Virus record (IMG/VR): IMGVR_UViG_3300026521_000161
Coordinates: 1 to 64,000 of that record
Source of the DNA: a virus
DNA length: 64,000 nt
Reading direction: 5' to 3' (one strand)
Shown here: one piece after another, positions 1 through 10,447 of the stretch
How the letters are laid out: every line of letters starts with the position of its first letter
Numbering within the stretch: the stretch's first letter is position 1
Position numbers and translations under genes: made by a program
The notes under the pieces: generated by a model
The model's database searches: none
Seen by the model: only the letters and a program-made list of their open reading frames with translations
Told to the model about the DNA's origin: nothing

Positions 1-225
1 TCGTTGAACTCACACACTCCATATAGGATGTATCTCTACGTTTAAGGTGCTTCGCTGCGTCGGTTGCCCAATCCTATAGAGTTTTTACTATGCCACACAC
101 TTCCATTACTGGGTGTGGTATTATACTATGTTTCCATGTATAAGTAGTATCTATAGGCTCTAAGGGGTTCCCCGCAATTAACTGAATTTTTTACTTAGTT
201 TTAAAACTAAGGAGGACCAAAATCA
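1..225 (-). mobile_element. Group I intron (5' part; runs off window start) in nvRNAP beta-N gene
   Basis: Exon end GGAGGAU pairs with GUCCUCC (P1 with U.G at splice site 226/225). P-like AAUUGCGGGGAAC, P5abc-type extension and R-like UUCAACGA are present. nt 17-65 are identical to 16969-17017 of the second intron. Confidence 0.9.
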
Positions 226-1659
226 ATCCTCCAGTATACTAGTGATTTTAAAATATAGACTGTCAGTGGTACTATCCACTGGACTAACTGCTATATTAGT
301 ACCACCATTACCACCTTTAATAAGTGAGTAAATCTTCTTAGAACTTAGATGTCTATTAAACAATCTAGATATCTCTTTCTCAGTCATTATCTTTCTAGAT
401 GATGTCCTCTTAAATTCTAAAAAGGCCTTATTAATACCTACTATAAGATCAAATAGGATATAATACAAAATCTCTATATATCTATTATCTAGATTACTAG
501 AGTACTTTTCATGGTTAACGACTAACTCATGAAAGTTTTCTATAACCCATGCTATAAGATCATAGAAATCTTCTATATCTATACCTGCCTCTTTAAGCTT
601 ATGCAATATGATAGTATCCATATAGCCGTTAAGTATGTCTATATGCTCGAACATATCTGCCTGAACCCTATCCATAGAGAACTTATTCTTGAAGACTATC
701 TTACCTAACATAGATACCCAGAATAATGATTCATCATCTATATCACCTTGTCCGAAGTAAGTATTTGGTTCTGTCTTCTTACCAGCTACTTTCTTTATGT
801 TCATAGCAAATTGTGGAGTCATATCGAAACTATATATAAGACTAGATACGACTATTTCTAGAAATGGCGTTATATCCTCTTTCTTAATAAGTATCTTGAT
901 ACTATGTGGTGCGTATGTATTGTTACTATTCTTGGAGAATAGATTTTTAGGACGCATACCTGTAGTTGTATATTCAACATACTCATCTCTATATTTATCT
1001 GTTTTGATATTTGGATCTGTGAATATGATAGGTGTTGTATTAAAATACTTTTTAAACACACCAAAGAACCCATGTTTTATGAACATATACAATGCTATAG
1101 GTATAACATCATTAACATTCTTTAATAGTTTATAAGATTTACTATGTATGATCTGTTTAGGCGTCTTAACGCCATTAACTAAGATGTTACGTTCCATTTT
1201 CTTCATATTTAGCTTATCTCTTAATAAACGTATAAATAACTCTCCTGGTGCTGGAGATATAGGATACTCACTTAACACAGGCACTATCGTGTAGTATGCG
1301 TCTGTTAAGCGTAATACACCACCTCTTTCTACGTACGGTAATGCTATGATTCTATTAACAGGTATGCCATTATATTCAAAACCAAACTCTACCTTAGTAA
1401 TATAGTTAGTAGATATATCAACTATATTTTTACTCATAGAGCTATTTATGTTATTGAAATAGTCTTCTTTAGGAGTTATCCTCCTAAAACCTTTATATGT
1501 TAATAAAGTATCTGATGGTAAAGTACTTATAGCGGACTTTATGATCGCATCTAGATGACTAGATATCTTACTAACATATTTGATCGACAACCCTTTCATT
1601 ATGTCTGGATCAAATTTAACGCCTTCTTTTTCTATAAACTTTTTAGTAACTATATTCAT
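226..1659 (-). CDS. Non-virion RNA polymerase beta subunit N-terminal part (phiKZ gp123-like), exon 1
   Basis: N-terminus and motifs resemble recalled gp123 homologs. Position follows DnaB/MCP/gp121/gp122-like genes. ORF stops immediately after the intron 5' splice site. Confidence 0.8.
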
Positions 1660-1706
1660 TCTTCCTCCTAATATGGATTACATATTATATAAACTATCGA
1701 AAATAA

Positions 1707-2753
1707 TTATTTAAAACTACCTAATAATTTAATAAACTCCTTAGCTGTACTTATCTCCTCTTTCTCTAGAGCTAGTAATGCAGCTTCCTCCCTGACAACG
1801 TAACTAAGTAACTTATGTAAAGATACATTATGTTCATAGATAAATTTCTCCATAACCATATTATTATCGAATTTCTCATTAAGAGAATTTATAAGTTCCT
1901 TTCTTTGCGCCTTAGCTTCTTCTTGAAATTCCTCGGTCTTCTCATCAACGCTGTTAACTAAGTAACCTTGTTCGGCTAAAACATTCCTCTTATACATACC
2001 TAACTGTTCACATTTACCCTCCTTATGTTTGTTAACTACCAATGAGTCTTCACTCATTAACTCGGTATCTATCTCTTCTGCATCACTATCATTCTTTAAA
2101 ACAATTTCATTACCAAAAACATTTATAGTTAAACTTTTACCGCTATAAGATGTAAAGTTAAATTCTATAGTCTCATTAGCTGTAAATATTTTACTCCTAT
2201 TTAAGTCACTACCTACTTCCTCTCTTGTTATTGGTTTATCCATACTAAACAACATACTATCCACATTAACAACCTTATTATCTTTAAGATCATCCTCATA
2301 TATGATATATGTTAACCTTATCCTTTCCTGTACACCGTATGACACATCACCTTCTTTAAAAGCTAATAGTTGATCTAATACTTTTTGTTTAACATCCCCG
2401 TGGTCAGTTGTATCTGAAAATAAATGTTTTATAACAAATGAATAATCTCCTTTATTCCTGAACTTAAAATCTAATGTTTTTATAACTATAACACACTTAT
2501 TAAACTCTCTAAGTTTAACTGGTATGTCTTTATTAATCGGTACCTGCATAGGTACAAAACTATCTGTCGTCCATATTTGTCTATTCTCTATATTAGTATA
2601 CATCCACGTCTTAACAGACGGTCGTCTGTATTCAATATCATTCTCTATAGAATTAGCTGTACCATAATCTAATGTATTAAAAATGGTATCTGATATTTTT
2701 CTTTCTTGGTCTAGTTTTACATTATCACTACGGTTTAAAACTTTAGTAACCAT
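1707..2753 (-). CDS. Hypothetical protein (syntenic with phiKZ gp122)
   Basis: 348-aa ORF with AAGGAG SD and early-type promoter motif upstream. Confidence 0.7.
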   Translation of the reverse strand: MVTKVLNRSDNVKLDQERKISDTIFNTLDYGTANSIENDIEYRRPSVKTWMYTNIENRQIWTTDSFVPMQVPINKDIPVKLREFNKCVIVIKTLDFKFRNKGDYSFVIKHLFSDTTDHGDVKQKVLDQLLAFKEGDVSYGVQERIRLTYIIYEDDLKDNKVVNVDSMLFSMDKPITREEVGSDLNRSKIFTANETIEFNFTSYSGKSLTINVFGNEIVLKNDSDAEEIDTELMSEDSLVVNKHKEGKCEQLGMYKRNVLAEQGYLVNSVDEKTEEFQEEAKAQRKELINSLNEKFDNNMVMEKFIYEHNVSLHKLLSYVVREEAALLALEKEEISTAKEFIKLLGSFK

Positions 2754-2783
2754 GGTACTCCTTTATATATTATAAATACTACA

Positions 2784-2793
2784 TTAATAATAT
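2784..2793 (-). promoter_or_regulatory. Putative early promoter ATATTATTAA
   Basis: One of 7 copies of ATATTATT(A/C)A upstream of minus-strand genes. Confidence 0.6.
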
Positions 2794-2812
2794 ATAGGTT
2801 AAAAAAGTTATA

Positions 2813-2840
2813 ACACAATAGAGCTTACGCCCTATTGTGT
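2813..2840 (-). terminator. Intrinsic terminator after capsid operon
   Basis: ACACAATAG..CTATTGTGT hairpin followed by T-run on minus strand. Confidence 0.6.
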
Positions 2841-3523
2841 TAGATTTTATAATATGTTTCTAATTTACCAACAATACCTTGTGGTAAGAAAGATCCCATT
2901 TTAGAAGCGATATGTGTTTTAGCAACTTCCTTTCTTGTGTTGGGATTAGCCATAGCTGAGATGAATTTAACTAACATAGTATAACCCATCTTAGTACTTG
3001 CACCAAATTTCCAGAAATGATCATATCTACTTAGAGCGATAGGGCTAAAGTATCTATCCTTTTCTACTAAGAACACCTTGTTGATAAGGTTCATTTGTTT
3101 TGTAGATGCTTTTCTATCTGGGTTGTTAAGAGCATTGATGATGATGTTATATAAGTTATAATTAGCGTTAGCGATTGTTTCGCCATTACCGCTAGTCTTA
3201 GTATAACATACCTCTACATAATGCTGTAGGCCTTTTGCAGTAGGAACAACTAAAGGATCTTTCATAGCGTCAGCGATAACATCGTCAAATGTTTTCTTAA
3301 CTTGTTTAGGTTCCTCTTTTTTAGGTTCAGTCTTAGAAGCTTCTTTTGGTTCTACCTTAGGCTCTTCTTTAACTTCTTCCTCTTTTTGCTCTACAACTGG
3401 TTCTTGTTGCGGTTGCTCGACCTCTACCTGTTGATCTTCTACGATAGGATCTTTTACTTCAGTAGCTTGCTGATCTACAACCGGTTCTTCTACTTTAGTT
3501 TGTTTTTTTCTTTGTTTAGCCAT
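2840..3523 (-). CDS. Hypothetical/virion-associated protein (gp121-like), E/K/P/Q-rich disordered N-terminus
   Basis: 227-aa ORF with SD directly downstream of MCP. Confidence 0.65.
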   Translation of the reverse strand: MAKQRKKQTKVEEPVVDQQATEVKDPIVEDQQVEVEQPQQEPVVEQKEEEVKEEPKVEPKEASKTEPKKEEPKQVKKTFDDVIADAMKDPLVVPTAKGLQHYVEVCYTKTSGNGETIANANYNLYNIIINALNNPDRKASTKQMNLINKVFLVEKDRYFSPIALSRYDHFWKFGASTKMGYTMLVKFISAMANPNTRKEVAKTHIASKMGSFLPQGIVGKLETYYKI

Positions 3524-3594
3524 AATGGACTCCTTCTTTTAAAATTTTAAAAAATAGATAGTATAGTAAGGAACTTAATCCTTACTATATATCA

Positions 3595-5721
3595 TTATGC
3601 ATCAGCAATAAGTTGCGTAATTTTACCACTTACTTCTTCAACACCAGTGATCTCTAATAGACCTAAGATAGGCATAAGAGTTTGATGTTTGTAACGAGGC
3701 ATAGAGATAGTTTCTTGTACTACCGTACCGTTCTCTTGTCTTTGGATAGAAATAACAGTTTCAGGAGACCAGAAACATACACCAAAACTTAATGGATCGC
3801 CCATTTTGTTTCTACTTGCACCCATGTTACCGAATGAGATAAACGTTTTACCAGCCATAAGAACATCGTTACTTGTAGCTACTTCATAGTTAAAGATCTC
3901 ATCTGAGAATGAACTTAAGTATAGACCGATGTCTGTATCAGTACCAATGATAACTGTTGGTTTAACACCAGGACGCACAGCTTCAAATGTTTTGTTATAA
4001 CCAGACTCTGTATAAAGTTTAAGAGCTGTGTTACGGATTTTAAGTTTAAGTGCAGCACGGATATCTGCTTCACGGTCACTTGAAGTTTCGCTATCTACGA
4101 TAGTAGCTAAATCTACAGTTTCTCTGTAAGATGCTTTTGATACAAGTCTGCTAGAGATACCGAAATCTTCTGTATCAATGCTTAAGTTTTCAAGTACTGT
4201 TAATGTACTGTTAAGTTCTAAAAGACCAGCTTTTGTAAGAGCTTGCTTGTTGAATTGGATTTGACCAAGTAAACCAGCAGTATCACCATCTTCGCCATCG
4301 TTGAATACAGCGGTAACTTCTCTAAGTTTGGCACGAACTGGTACAGTATAAACAGATGTATATGTATCAGTAGTTAACATACGACCACGGAATCTTGCAT
4401 TTGTATTTGTAGCATAAGCTTCAACATCAACACCTTCGATATCAGATGCAGCAAATAGCGTAGTTAAATCAGTTACAGTAGAGCTATCAGACGCTAATGC
4501 GTTTCCAGATGCATCAAGAACTTCAGCTAACTCAGTTTTAACAGGGAATACCTCGATAGAACCTTTTTGAGTATTAGCATCACCTTTAAGGTTAATTCTA
4601 ACTTTAACTGTATAACCTTCAGTTAGATCTTTAAGAACTTTGATCTCTGTTGGTGTACCATCAGCTTTAACAATTTTACCACCAGTCCATGTAATAGAAT
4701 CAGTTTTGTAATCAAGTTGTAGATCTTTGTTATGTCCAGTTGGAGTCATTGTGAATAACGCTGGAAGACCATTGATCTCACGTTTATGATACTCAGTGAT
4801 TTCATTGTCATCAGAGTCTTTACCTGTGATTTTGAAATATAAGCTTTCCACTGTTAAATGTGCAGTAAGTGCATCAGTATGATCCATAACACCACGATTG
4901 ATAAGTTCAGCAGTTTGAGCAGCACCAAGAAGATCTACTTCCATACGAGTTTTAATAGGAGCAGTTACAACTTCCACGCCTTCGAAAACTTCAACTGTTC
5001 TAGTAAGACCATTTACATCATCAGGGTTTAAAAGACGGTCTTCTGCATTTTCAAGTACTGGGTAAAGTCTATTTGAATCAAGAGTAAACAGTTTAGTGTT
5101 GTTAAGGTTCTTGATGATAGAATCTTTTTTAAGCTCGATTGGCTTACCAGATGGATCTCTTTTAACAGTTGACATAATACTTGCAACTTTTGCAGTAACA
5201 GTAGCACCAGTTAAGTTACTATCAATAACAACGATAGGATAGAAAAGGTTATTAACAGCATCTTGCTCGATAGTTAACGCATTGAAAACAATAGATGAGA
5301 ATAGTGATGCAGATACATCTTGACCATCGAAAGCTTCATTACCAACTGTAAGTTTGTTATCAGGAATGAAATCACCGATATATTTGCTAGTATCAACAAT
5401 GATTGATTCACCAGCAGCTTCAACATCTTGTCTACCTTTAGTAGCAATCTTGTTAAGTGTTCCAATAGGATCAACTGCATGTTTAGCAACAGCAGCAGCA
5501 GCAGCGATTTGATGTGGCGCGAATTCAACTGGAGTATCAGCGTCTAATGCGATTGCTTCAAAAGCAGCTTGTACGTCAGAAGCTAAAGCAGCAGCTTCAC
5601 TCTCGATAACAGGTTTAACTGCTGCATCGATACTTTCATTTCCTGCGATAAGTTTTGCGTGGTCAGCATTCACAGATACAGAATTCTTAAGACCACTCAT
5701 TAATTTTTGTAAAACATTCAT
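3595..5721 (-). CDS. Major capsid protein (phiKZ gp120-like)
   Basis: 708 aa, GNE|AFD maturation-like site after Ala-rich propeptide, strong codon bias, downstream terminator hairpin, DnaB-gp119-MCP synteny. Confidence 0.85.
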   Translation of the reverse strand: MNVLQKLMSGLKNSVSVNADHAKLIAGNESIDAAVKPVIESEAAALASDVQAAFEAIALDADTPVEFAPHQIAAAAAVAKHAVDPIGTLNKIATKGRQDVEAAGESIIVDTSKYIGDFIPDNKLTVGNEAFDGQDVSASLFSSIVFNALTIEQDAVNNLFYPIVVIDSNLTGATVTAKVASIMSTVKRDPSGKPIELKKDSIIKNLNNTKLFTLDSNRLYPVLENAEDRLLNPDDVNGLTRTVEVFEGVEVVTAPIKTRMEVDLLGAAQTAELINRGVMDHTDALTAHLTVESLYFKITGKDSDDNEITEYHKREINGLPALFTMTPTGHNKDLQLDYKTDSITWTGGKIVKADGTPTEIKVLKDLTEGYTVKVRINLKGDANTQKGSIEVFPVKTELAEVLDASGNALASDSSTVTDLTTLFAASDIEGVDVEAYATNTNARFRGRMLTTDTYTSVYTVPVRAKLREVTAVFNDGEDGDTAGLLGQIQFNKQALTKAGLLELNSTLTVLENLSIDTEDFGISSRLVSKASYRETVDLATIVDSETSSDREADIRAALKLKIRNTALKLYTESGYNKTFEAVRPGVKPTVIIGTDTDIGLYLSSFSDEIFNYEVATSNDVLMAGKTFISFGNMGASRNKMGDPLSFGVCFWSPETVISIQRQENGTVVQETISMPRYKHQTLMPILGLLEITGVEEVSGKITQLIADA

Positions 5722-5817
5722 ATTTTATCTCCTAAAATTTATATAACATCAAGTCATGAACCCAGTTAAGGGTTCCTAGATGTAATGCATGGGTTATATA
5801 ACCACTATCAGCGTTAG

Positions 5818-6456
5818 TTACGCTGGACTATGCATAGTTTTTATATAGGGCATCATATAACCCAAAAACTCTTTATCAATTTTCTTATTAAAATCAATAT
5901 TGCTAGCAATACCATTTATGTTTAAATACATACCATATAGGAGATTAAACATAGACTCTCCCTGACTACTACTAGTAATGACTTGTAGCGTCTCATTGTC
6001 TACCTTACAGACTAGGAATCCACCTAAGTCTAGTACATCATCTTTTGTTAAATCAGAATACCTATTTTTGAGGTCTAGCATGGTATTCTTTTTAACTTCA
6101 GTTAATATACTTTCATTTTTTCTCTTTTTACCTGTAACAGCACCATACACCTGCTCTATTTTTTTAGCTTTTTGTAAAATTGGATTATGATGTTGTTTCA
6201 ATCTAGGAGAAATTAGTGAACTTTTATTTATTACTGAATTTACGATATTACTATAATATATAATATCTTCTAATTCCTGCCTACTTACCTTATTATGTAG
6301 CATAGTTAAATGTAATTCTATTGTCTCATTTTCTATCACGTTGTTCTTTATGACTGTATCTAAATATAAATTAGTTAATAGTGTTTTGTCTAGTTTAACT
6401 AGATTAAAAACATTATCATTAACTATTAATACAGGTCTCATACCTGTCTGTTTCAT
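5818..6456 (-). CDS. Hypothetical protein (gp119 position)
   Basis: 212-aa ORF with AAGGAG SD. Confidence 0.65.
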   Translation of the reverse strand: MKQTGMRPVLIVNDNVFNLVKLDKTLLTNLYLDTVIKNNVIENETIELHLTMLHNKVSRQELEDIIYYSNIVNSVINKSSLISPRLKQHHNPILQKAKKIEQVYGAVTGKKRKNESILTEVKKNTMLDLKNRYSDLTKDDVLDLGGFLVCKVDNETLQVITSSSQGESMFNLLYGMYLNINGIASNIDFNKKIDKEFLGYMMPYIKTMHSPA

Positions 6457-6550
6457 TATGGCTCCTTATCTTTATAATTCAAGACATTTAGATTTATACG
6501 TAATAAATATAAGAGTATCTGTTATTTGAATATAAAATAAAGGAAGCACG

Positions 6551-8044
6551 ATGCACAAGTTAGAATTATTCATAAAAGCCTTAATATTAGCTATGGCCGA
6601 ATATAAACTAGAACAAAGAGTTAGTTCTAATGCTCTTATAGAGAAAGTTATAGAAACGCCAGATATAAGAGCTAATAAAGTAAAAACTTTTAACGATGAA
6701 AATGATATTATAGATAAATTAAAAACTTTAATAAAGTCTATACTAGACGGAACAACTAAACCAACACAAGACATCATGGTTTCTATAGAAATTATTCTAG
6801 CTGAAAAACAAAGCTTCATAAAGTTAATAGAGAAATATGTTTTTAAAAAAGAAACTAAACCCACTATAGACCTAATGAAAGAAGAGATAAGACAGGAGCT
6901 TAAAAGAGATGAAGCTAAAACAACTTTAAGTTTTGCATTATCTAGAATAATAAAACCTGGTGCTAATGTTGATAAAATACTAGATGAGACATCTGATACT
7001 ATAAATATCATAAAAGAACTAAAAGGTATGGCTGATGTTAGTTTAGTAGATGAGGTAGACTTCGACAATAGAGATAGTGTTTTAGCAGCTAATGCTAAAG
7101 CTAAAGAGTTAGTGTCTGGCGGTAAGTCGTTTAAAACAGGTTGGTCTAGTGTTAACAGAATGACGCAAGGTGGTCCTAGAAGAGGTGAGTTCGTTACCAT
7201 AAGTGCTTTAAGACATAATTATAAATCTAGTTTTATTAAATCATTATTTATGCAAATATTAAGACTTAATAAAGCTGATGTTAATACTGATGGTAAAAAA
7301 CCTATGTTCGTATTTATATCCCTAGAGGAAGAAGTTGATAACATTATGTTCTTCTTTTATGTGTATCTTAAATATGCTGTAGAGGGTATAGAGATTAAAG
7401 ATAGTGAACAGAAGAACCTTAACATAGAAGAGATGACGGATTATGTTATGAAACATGCGTTAGGTAATGGGTTTAGTGTTAGGGTATATAGATTCATACC
7501 AGAACTATTTACATACAGTAAATTATTTAACCTAATAGAGAAGTTAGAGAGACAAGGTTTCGAGATTTATGGTACGTTTTTAGATTACGTTAAAAAGATG
7601 AGTAGAGATGGTTGTAATAAGAATGGGCCTAGTGGTACAGATCTATTAGAGTTATTTAGTAGGTTAAGAGGTTTCTTTAGTTCTAAAAATATCTTATTCT
7701 TCACACCACACCAACTTAACACACAAGCCAACGCATTGATAAGAACAGGGTTACCTGCTGAGGAATTTGTTAAACACATCGCTGATAAAAACTATTATGC
7801 CGATAGTGCGCAGTTAGGGCAAGAGATAGACTTAGAGCTATTCTCCCATAAAGCTATAGTTAATAAACAAACTGTTTTATATGTTAGTAGAGGTAAACAT
7901 AGGTTACCTACCAATATACCAGAAGAAGATAAAATTACCGTACTTAAGTTCACTAGTAAAGTAGCGCCTATTCCGGAAGAGAATGAAATCCATAAAGATG
8001 TTGTTATGGAGGATGTTAATAGTAATGACGAATTTGATTTTTAA
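6551..8044 (+). CDS. dnaB: DnaB-like replicative helicase (phiKZ gp118-like)
   Basis: KTGW..GGPRRGEFVTISALRHNYKS (variant Walker A), ISLEEE, FLDY, TPHQL, RGKHR motifs. Confidence 0.85.
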   Translation: MHKLELFIKALILAMAEYKLEQRVSSNALIEKVIETPDIRANKVKTFNDENDIIDKLKTLIKSILDGTTKPTQDIMVSIEIILAEKQSFIKLIEKYVFKKETKPTIDLMKEEIRQELKRDEAKTTLSFALSRIIKPGANVDKILDETSDTINIIKELKGMADVSLVDEVDFDNRDSVLAANAKAKELVSGGKSFKTGWSSVNRMTQGGPRRGEFVTISALRHNYKSSFIKSLFMQILRLNKADVNTDGKKPMFVFISLEEEVDNIMFFFYVYLKYAVEGIEIKDSEQKNLNIEEMTDYVMKHALGNGFSVRVYRFIPELFTYSKLFNLIEKLERQGFEIYGTFLDYVKKMSRDGCNKNGPSGTDLLELFSRLRGFFSSKNILFFTPHQLNTQANALIRTGLPAEEFVKHIADKNYYADSAQLGQEIDLELFSHKAIVNKQTVLYVSRGKHRLPTNIPEEDKITVLKFTSKVAPIPEENEIHKDVVMEDVNSNDEFDF

Positions 8045-8046
8045 GT

Positions 8047-8070
8047 TATAGATACCGTAAGGTATCTATA
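8047..8070. terminator. Bidirectional terminator hairpin
   Basis: TATAGATACC-GTAA-GGTATCTATA between convergent genes. Confidence 0.65.
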
Positions 8071-8071
8071 A

Positions 8072-8959
8072 CTATACTTTTAATGTCTGGTATTTCCAAG
8101 CTGTTTCTGAACCATCTTCATATTCTACTTTTATAGCTAAAACATATTCATTTGTTCTATTAGTAGAAAATACTTCATTAGGTATAACTAGATTATACTC
8201 ATCAGTATCCCCTGTGAATACTTCTTTAGGATCACCATAACCCACTGCTAATAGCTTAACATACATACGATTAAAACTACTTATAGGAGCTATACTTAAA
8301 TTATAACCATCTACGATACTTGGTTCGTTTAAAACTGATTTAACAATGATATCAGGTATCTTTCTAACGTACACTATTTGTGAAGCAAAATCACTTGTAT
8401 CGTTACTAGTTGCTGTATGTGATACTTTTATAACGTATGGTCTACCCTCTTCTAACTTAACATCACCTATTAACTTACTAGTTAGATTTTCCTTATCCAC
8501 TAATTTAGTGTAAACTGGATTACCTAACATATCTTCTATAATATAGGAAGTATATTCATGACTAGCATTTGATGTCGTGTTTATATCATTTGTCTTAATA
8601 GTAAACATAGTAGAAGGGAAATTCATAACGTCAAAATCTAATGTTATAGTTGGTTTCATAACTACTGAAGGTATAGCATGGTTAAAAGCTACCTTAATAA
8701 AATCAGTTGGCTTTAAGATATCTGTTTTAGACCACTCAAAAATAGCCCTATCACAGACAACCCTTGCTCTACTATAATATGTTTTATCTGTATCTAAATC
8801 AACATCAAATATAATAGATGTTAAGTTAACCTCATCATCCCTAGATGATGCTACTATGTCTTCTTCTTTAAATAACGGGGATGTAGCTATCTCCCAGTCA
8901 GTTGTTTCGTGTACATACTTCTTAGGTAAATCTGGTTTAGGTATGAACAATATAGTCAT
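8072..8959 (-). CDS. Putative virion protein with tandem Fn3/Ig-like repeats
   Basis: Repeated H..T(D/S)(W/Y).I......IV....D..NLTS motif. Confidence 0.55.
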   Translation of the reverse strand: MTILFIPKPDLPKKYVHETTDWEIATSPLFKEEDIVASSRDDEVNLTSIIFDVDLDTDKTYYSRARVVCDRAIFEWSKTDILKPTDFIKVAFNHAIPSVVMKPTITLDFDVMNFPSTMFTIKTNDINTTSNASHEYTSYIIEDMLGNPVYTKLVDKENLTSKLIGDVKLEEGRPYVIKVSHTATSNDTSDFASQIVYVRKIPDIIVKSVLNEPSIVDGYNLSIAPISSFNRMYVKLLAVGYGDPKEVFTGDTDEYNLVIPNEVFSTNRTNEYVLAIKVEYEDGSETAWKYQTLKV

Positions 8960-9048
8960 CTGGACTCCTTATAAATTCTATTTCAAGCTATGTTGCGGTA
9001 GACGGTAAAAAAGATATATAGAGACCGATATGGTCTCTATATACAAGA

Positions 9049-9876
9049 TTAGTTATCTTTTAAAGCGTAGAAATACTCGACTACACATTTATATTCACTA
9101 AGATCGTCATCAGATTCCACGAAGTAATCTTTAGCACCAGCATCATCAGCAGTAGAAGGTACGATAGTGTTAATAGATTCGATAGTAATATTACCATCAT
9201 CATCTTCGCTATATACTGTAGCTTTACCACCAACGATATCGCCAGTTGGAACAAGTGAAAGAGTGATACAGTTGTTGTCATCATCGTCTAGAGTGATACC
9301 TAAACCAGAATCATATTTATAATGTGGGATAGAGTTAGATACAGCAACGATATCTGCATTAGCAGCAGCAATCTGCTCTTCTAAATCAGCTTTAATAGCA
9401 AGAACTGAAGCTTCAATTTTCTCTAATGTATTGTAGCTATCTGACGCATCACCTACTACAGCGTTAACTTTATCATTAAGTTGTGTGATAAGATCATTAA
9501 GATCTGCATCTTCGTTGTTAATAAGATCTAATAACTCTTTAAGAGTATCGTACGCTTCAGGAGCACCGTCAACCATAGCAGTTACTGCAGATGCTACCTT
9601 AGCATCGATAGAACCTTCTGTATCTTTATCACCATTAATAACAGCTAACGCATCATTAATATTAGCAATATCATTATCTTTAAGATCTTGAATAGCTGCA
9701 CCGATGTTGTCATTAAGTGTCGCATCAGCTGCTTCCATGTCATCACGTAATTTAGTGAATCTATCTGAAATATCGTTCATACTTACATTATAAGTAGAAA
9801 GATTAACTTTGTTAGCATTAAGAGCTTCAATACTAGCTGATTGATCTAAATCGGCTCTAAAAGTAATTTTACCCAT
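9049..9876 (-). CDS. Putative fibre/coiled-coil virion protein
   Basis: VDGAPEAYDTLKEL and VGDASDSYNTLEKI repeats typical of fibre proteins, heptad-rich, very acidic. Confidence 0.55.
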   Translation of the reverse strand: MGKITFRADLDQSASIEALNANKVNLSTYNVSMNDISDRFTKLRDDMEAADATLNDNIGAAIQDLKDNDIANINDALAVINGDKDTEGSIDAKVASAVTAMVDGAPEAYDTLKELLDLINNEDADLNDLITQLNDKVNAVVGDASDSYNTLEKIEASVLAIKADLEEQIAAANADIVAVSNSIPHYKYDSGLGITLDDDDNNCITLSLVPTGDIVGGKATVYSEDDDGNITIESINTIVPSTADDAGAKDYFVESDDDLSEYKCVVEYFYALKDN

Positions 9877-9886
9877 GGGAAATCCT

Positions 9887-10387
9887 TTAAATGTTTTCTA
9901 ATGTATAATCTAAACCACCGACAGTTTCTTCGTCTAGAACAAAGTATGAAACAGTAGCTGTCCCATTCACTGTCTCGTCGTTTAAACTACACTTCAAACT
10001 ATCTAATGTAAAATCTACATCATCGTAGAAACTATATGTATTGTCAGAATTTTTTACAACTATTAAATTATTTATAAAAATAGATGATCCCATGAAGTAT
10101 GGTTTACTAGTTATATAAAAGACACCATTCTTAACATCACATCTCTCTGTAACTGGATGAAAAACTATACTAGGCGTTACTTTAATACCTTCCTCTATGA
10201 TGTTATTTAATAATGAAACAACTCTGTTACATTGTAACTTAGCGTCGAAATATTGGATAAGACCTTTTATACTAAAACTACCTGTTGCCGCTATCGCCTC
10301 ATTAAGTTTAATAATGTCCTCTGATGTAAAATACCCCTTAACTTCTGTGACAACTTCTTTTGTACCACATATATCAATAGTCTCCAT
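9887..10387 (-). CDS. Hypothetical protein; C-terminal beta-domain resembles C-terminus of neighbouring fibre-like ORF
   Basis: 166-aa ORF with SD. Confidence 0.55.
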   Translation of the reverse strand: METIDICGTKEVVTEVKGYFTSEDIIKLNEAIAATGSFSIKGLIQYFDAKLQCNRVVSLLNNIIEEGIKVTPSIVFHPVTERCDVKNGVFYITSKPYFMGSSIFINNLIVVKNSDNTYSFYDDVDFTLDSLKCSLNDETVNGTATVSYFVLDEETVGGLDYTLENI

Positions 10388-10447
10388 GTGTATCCTTTAT
10401 GTTAAATTTCAAAAAAAGAAAACCATACTAGTAACGTATATACGTTA

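Noticed and set aside
6472-7200. 242-aa antisense ORF and the many other short antisense ORFs in the track
   Set aside because: Shadow frames of well-supported genes, with no SD or recognisable motifs
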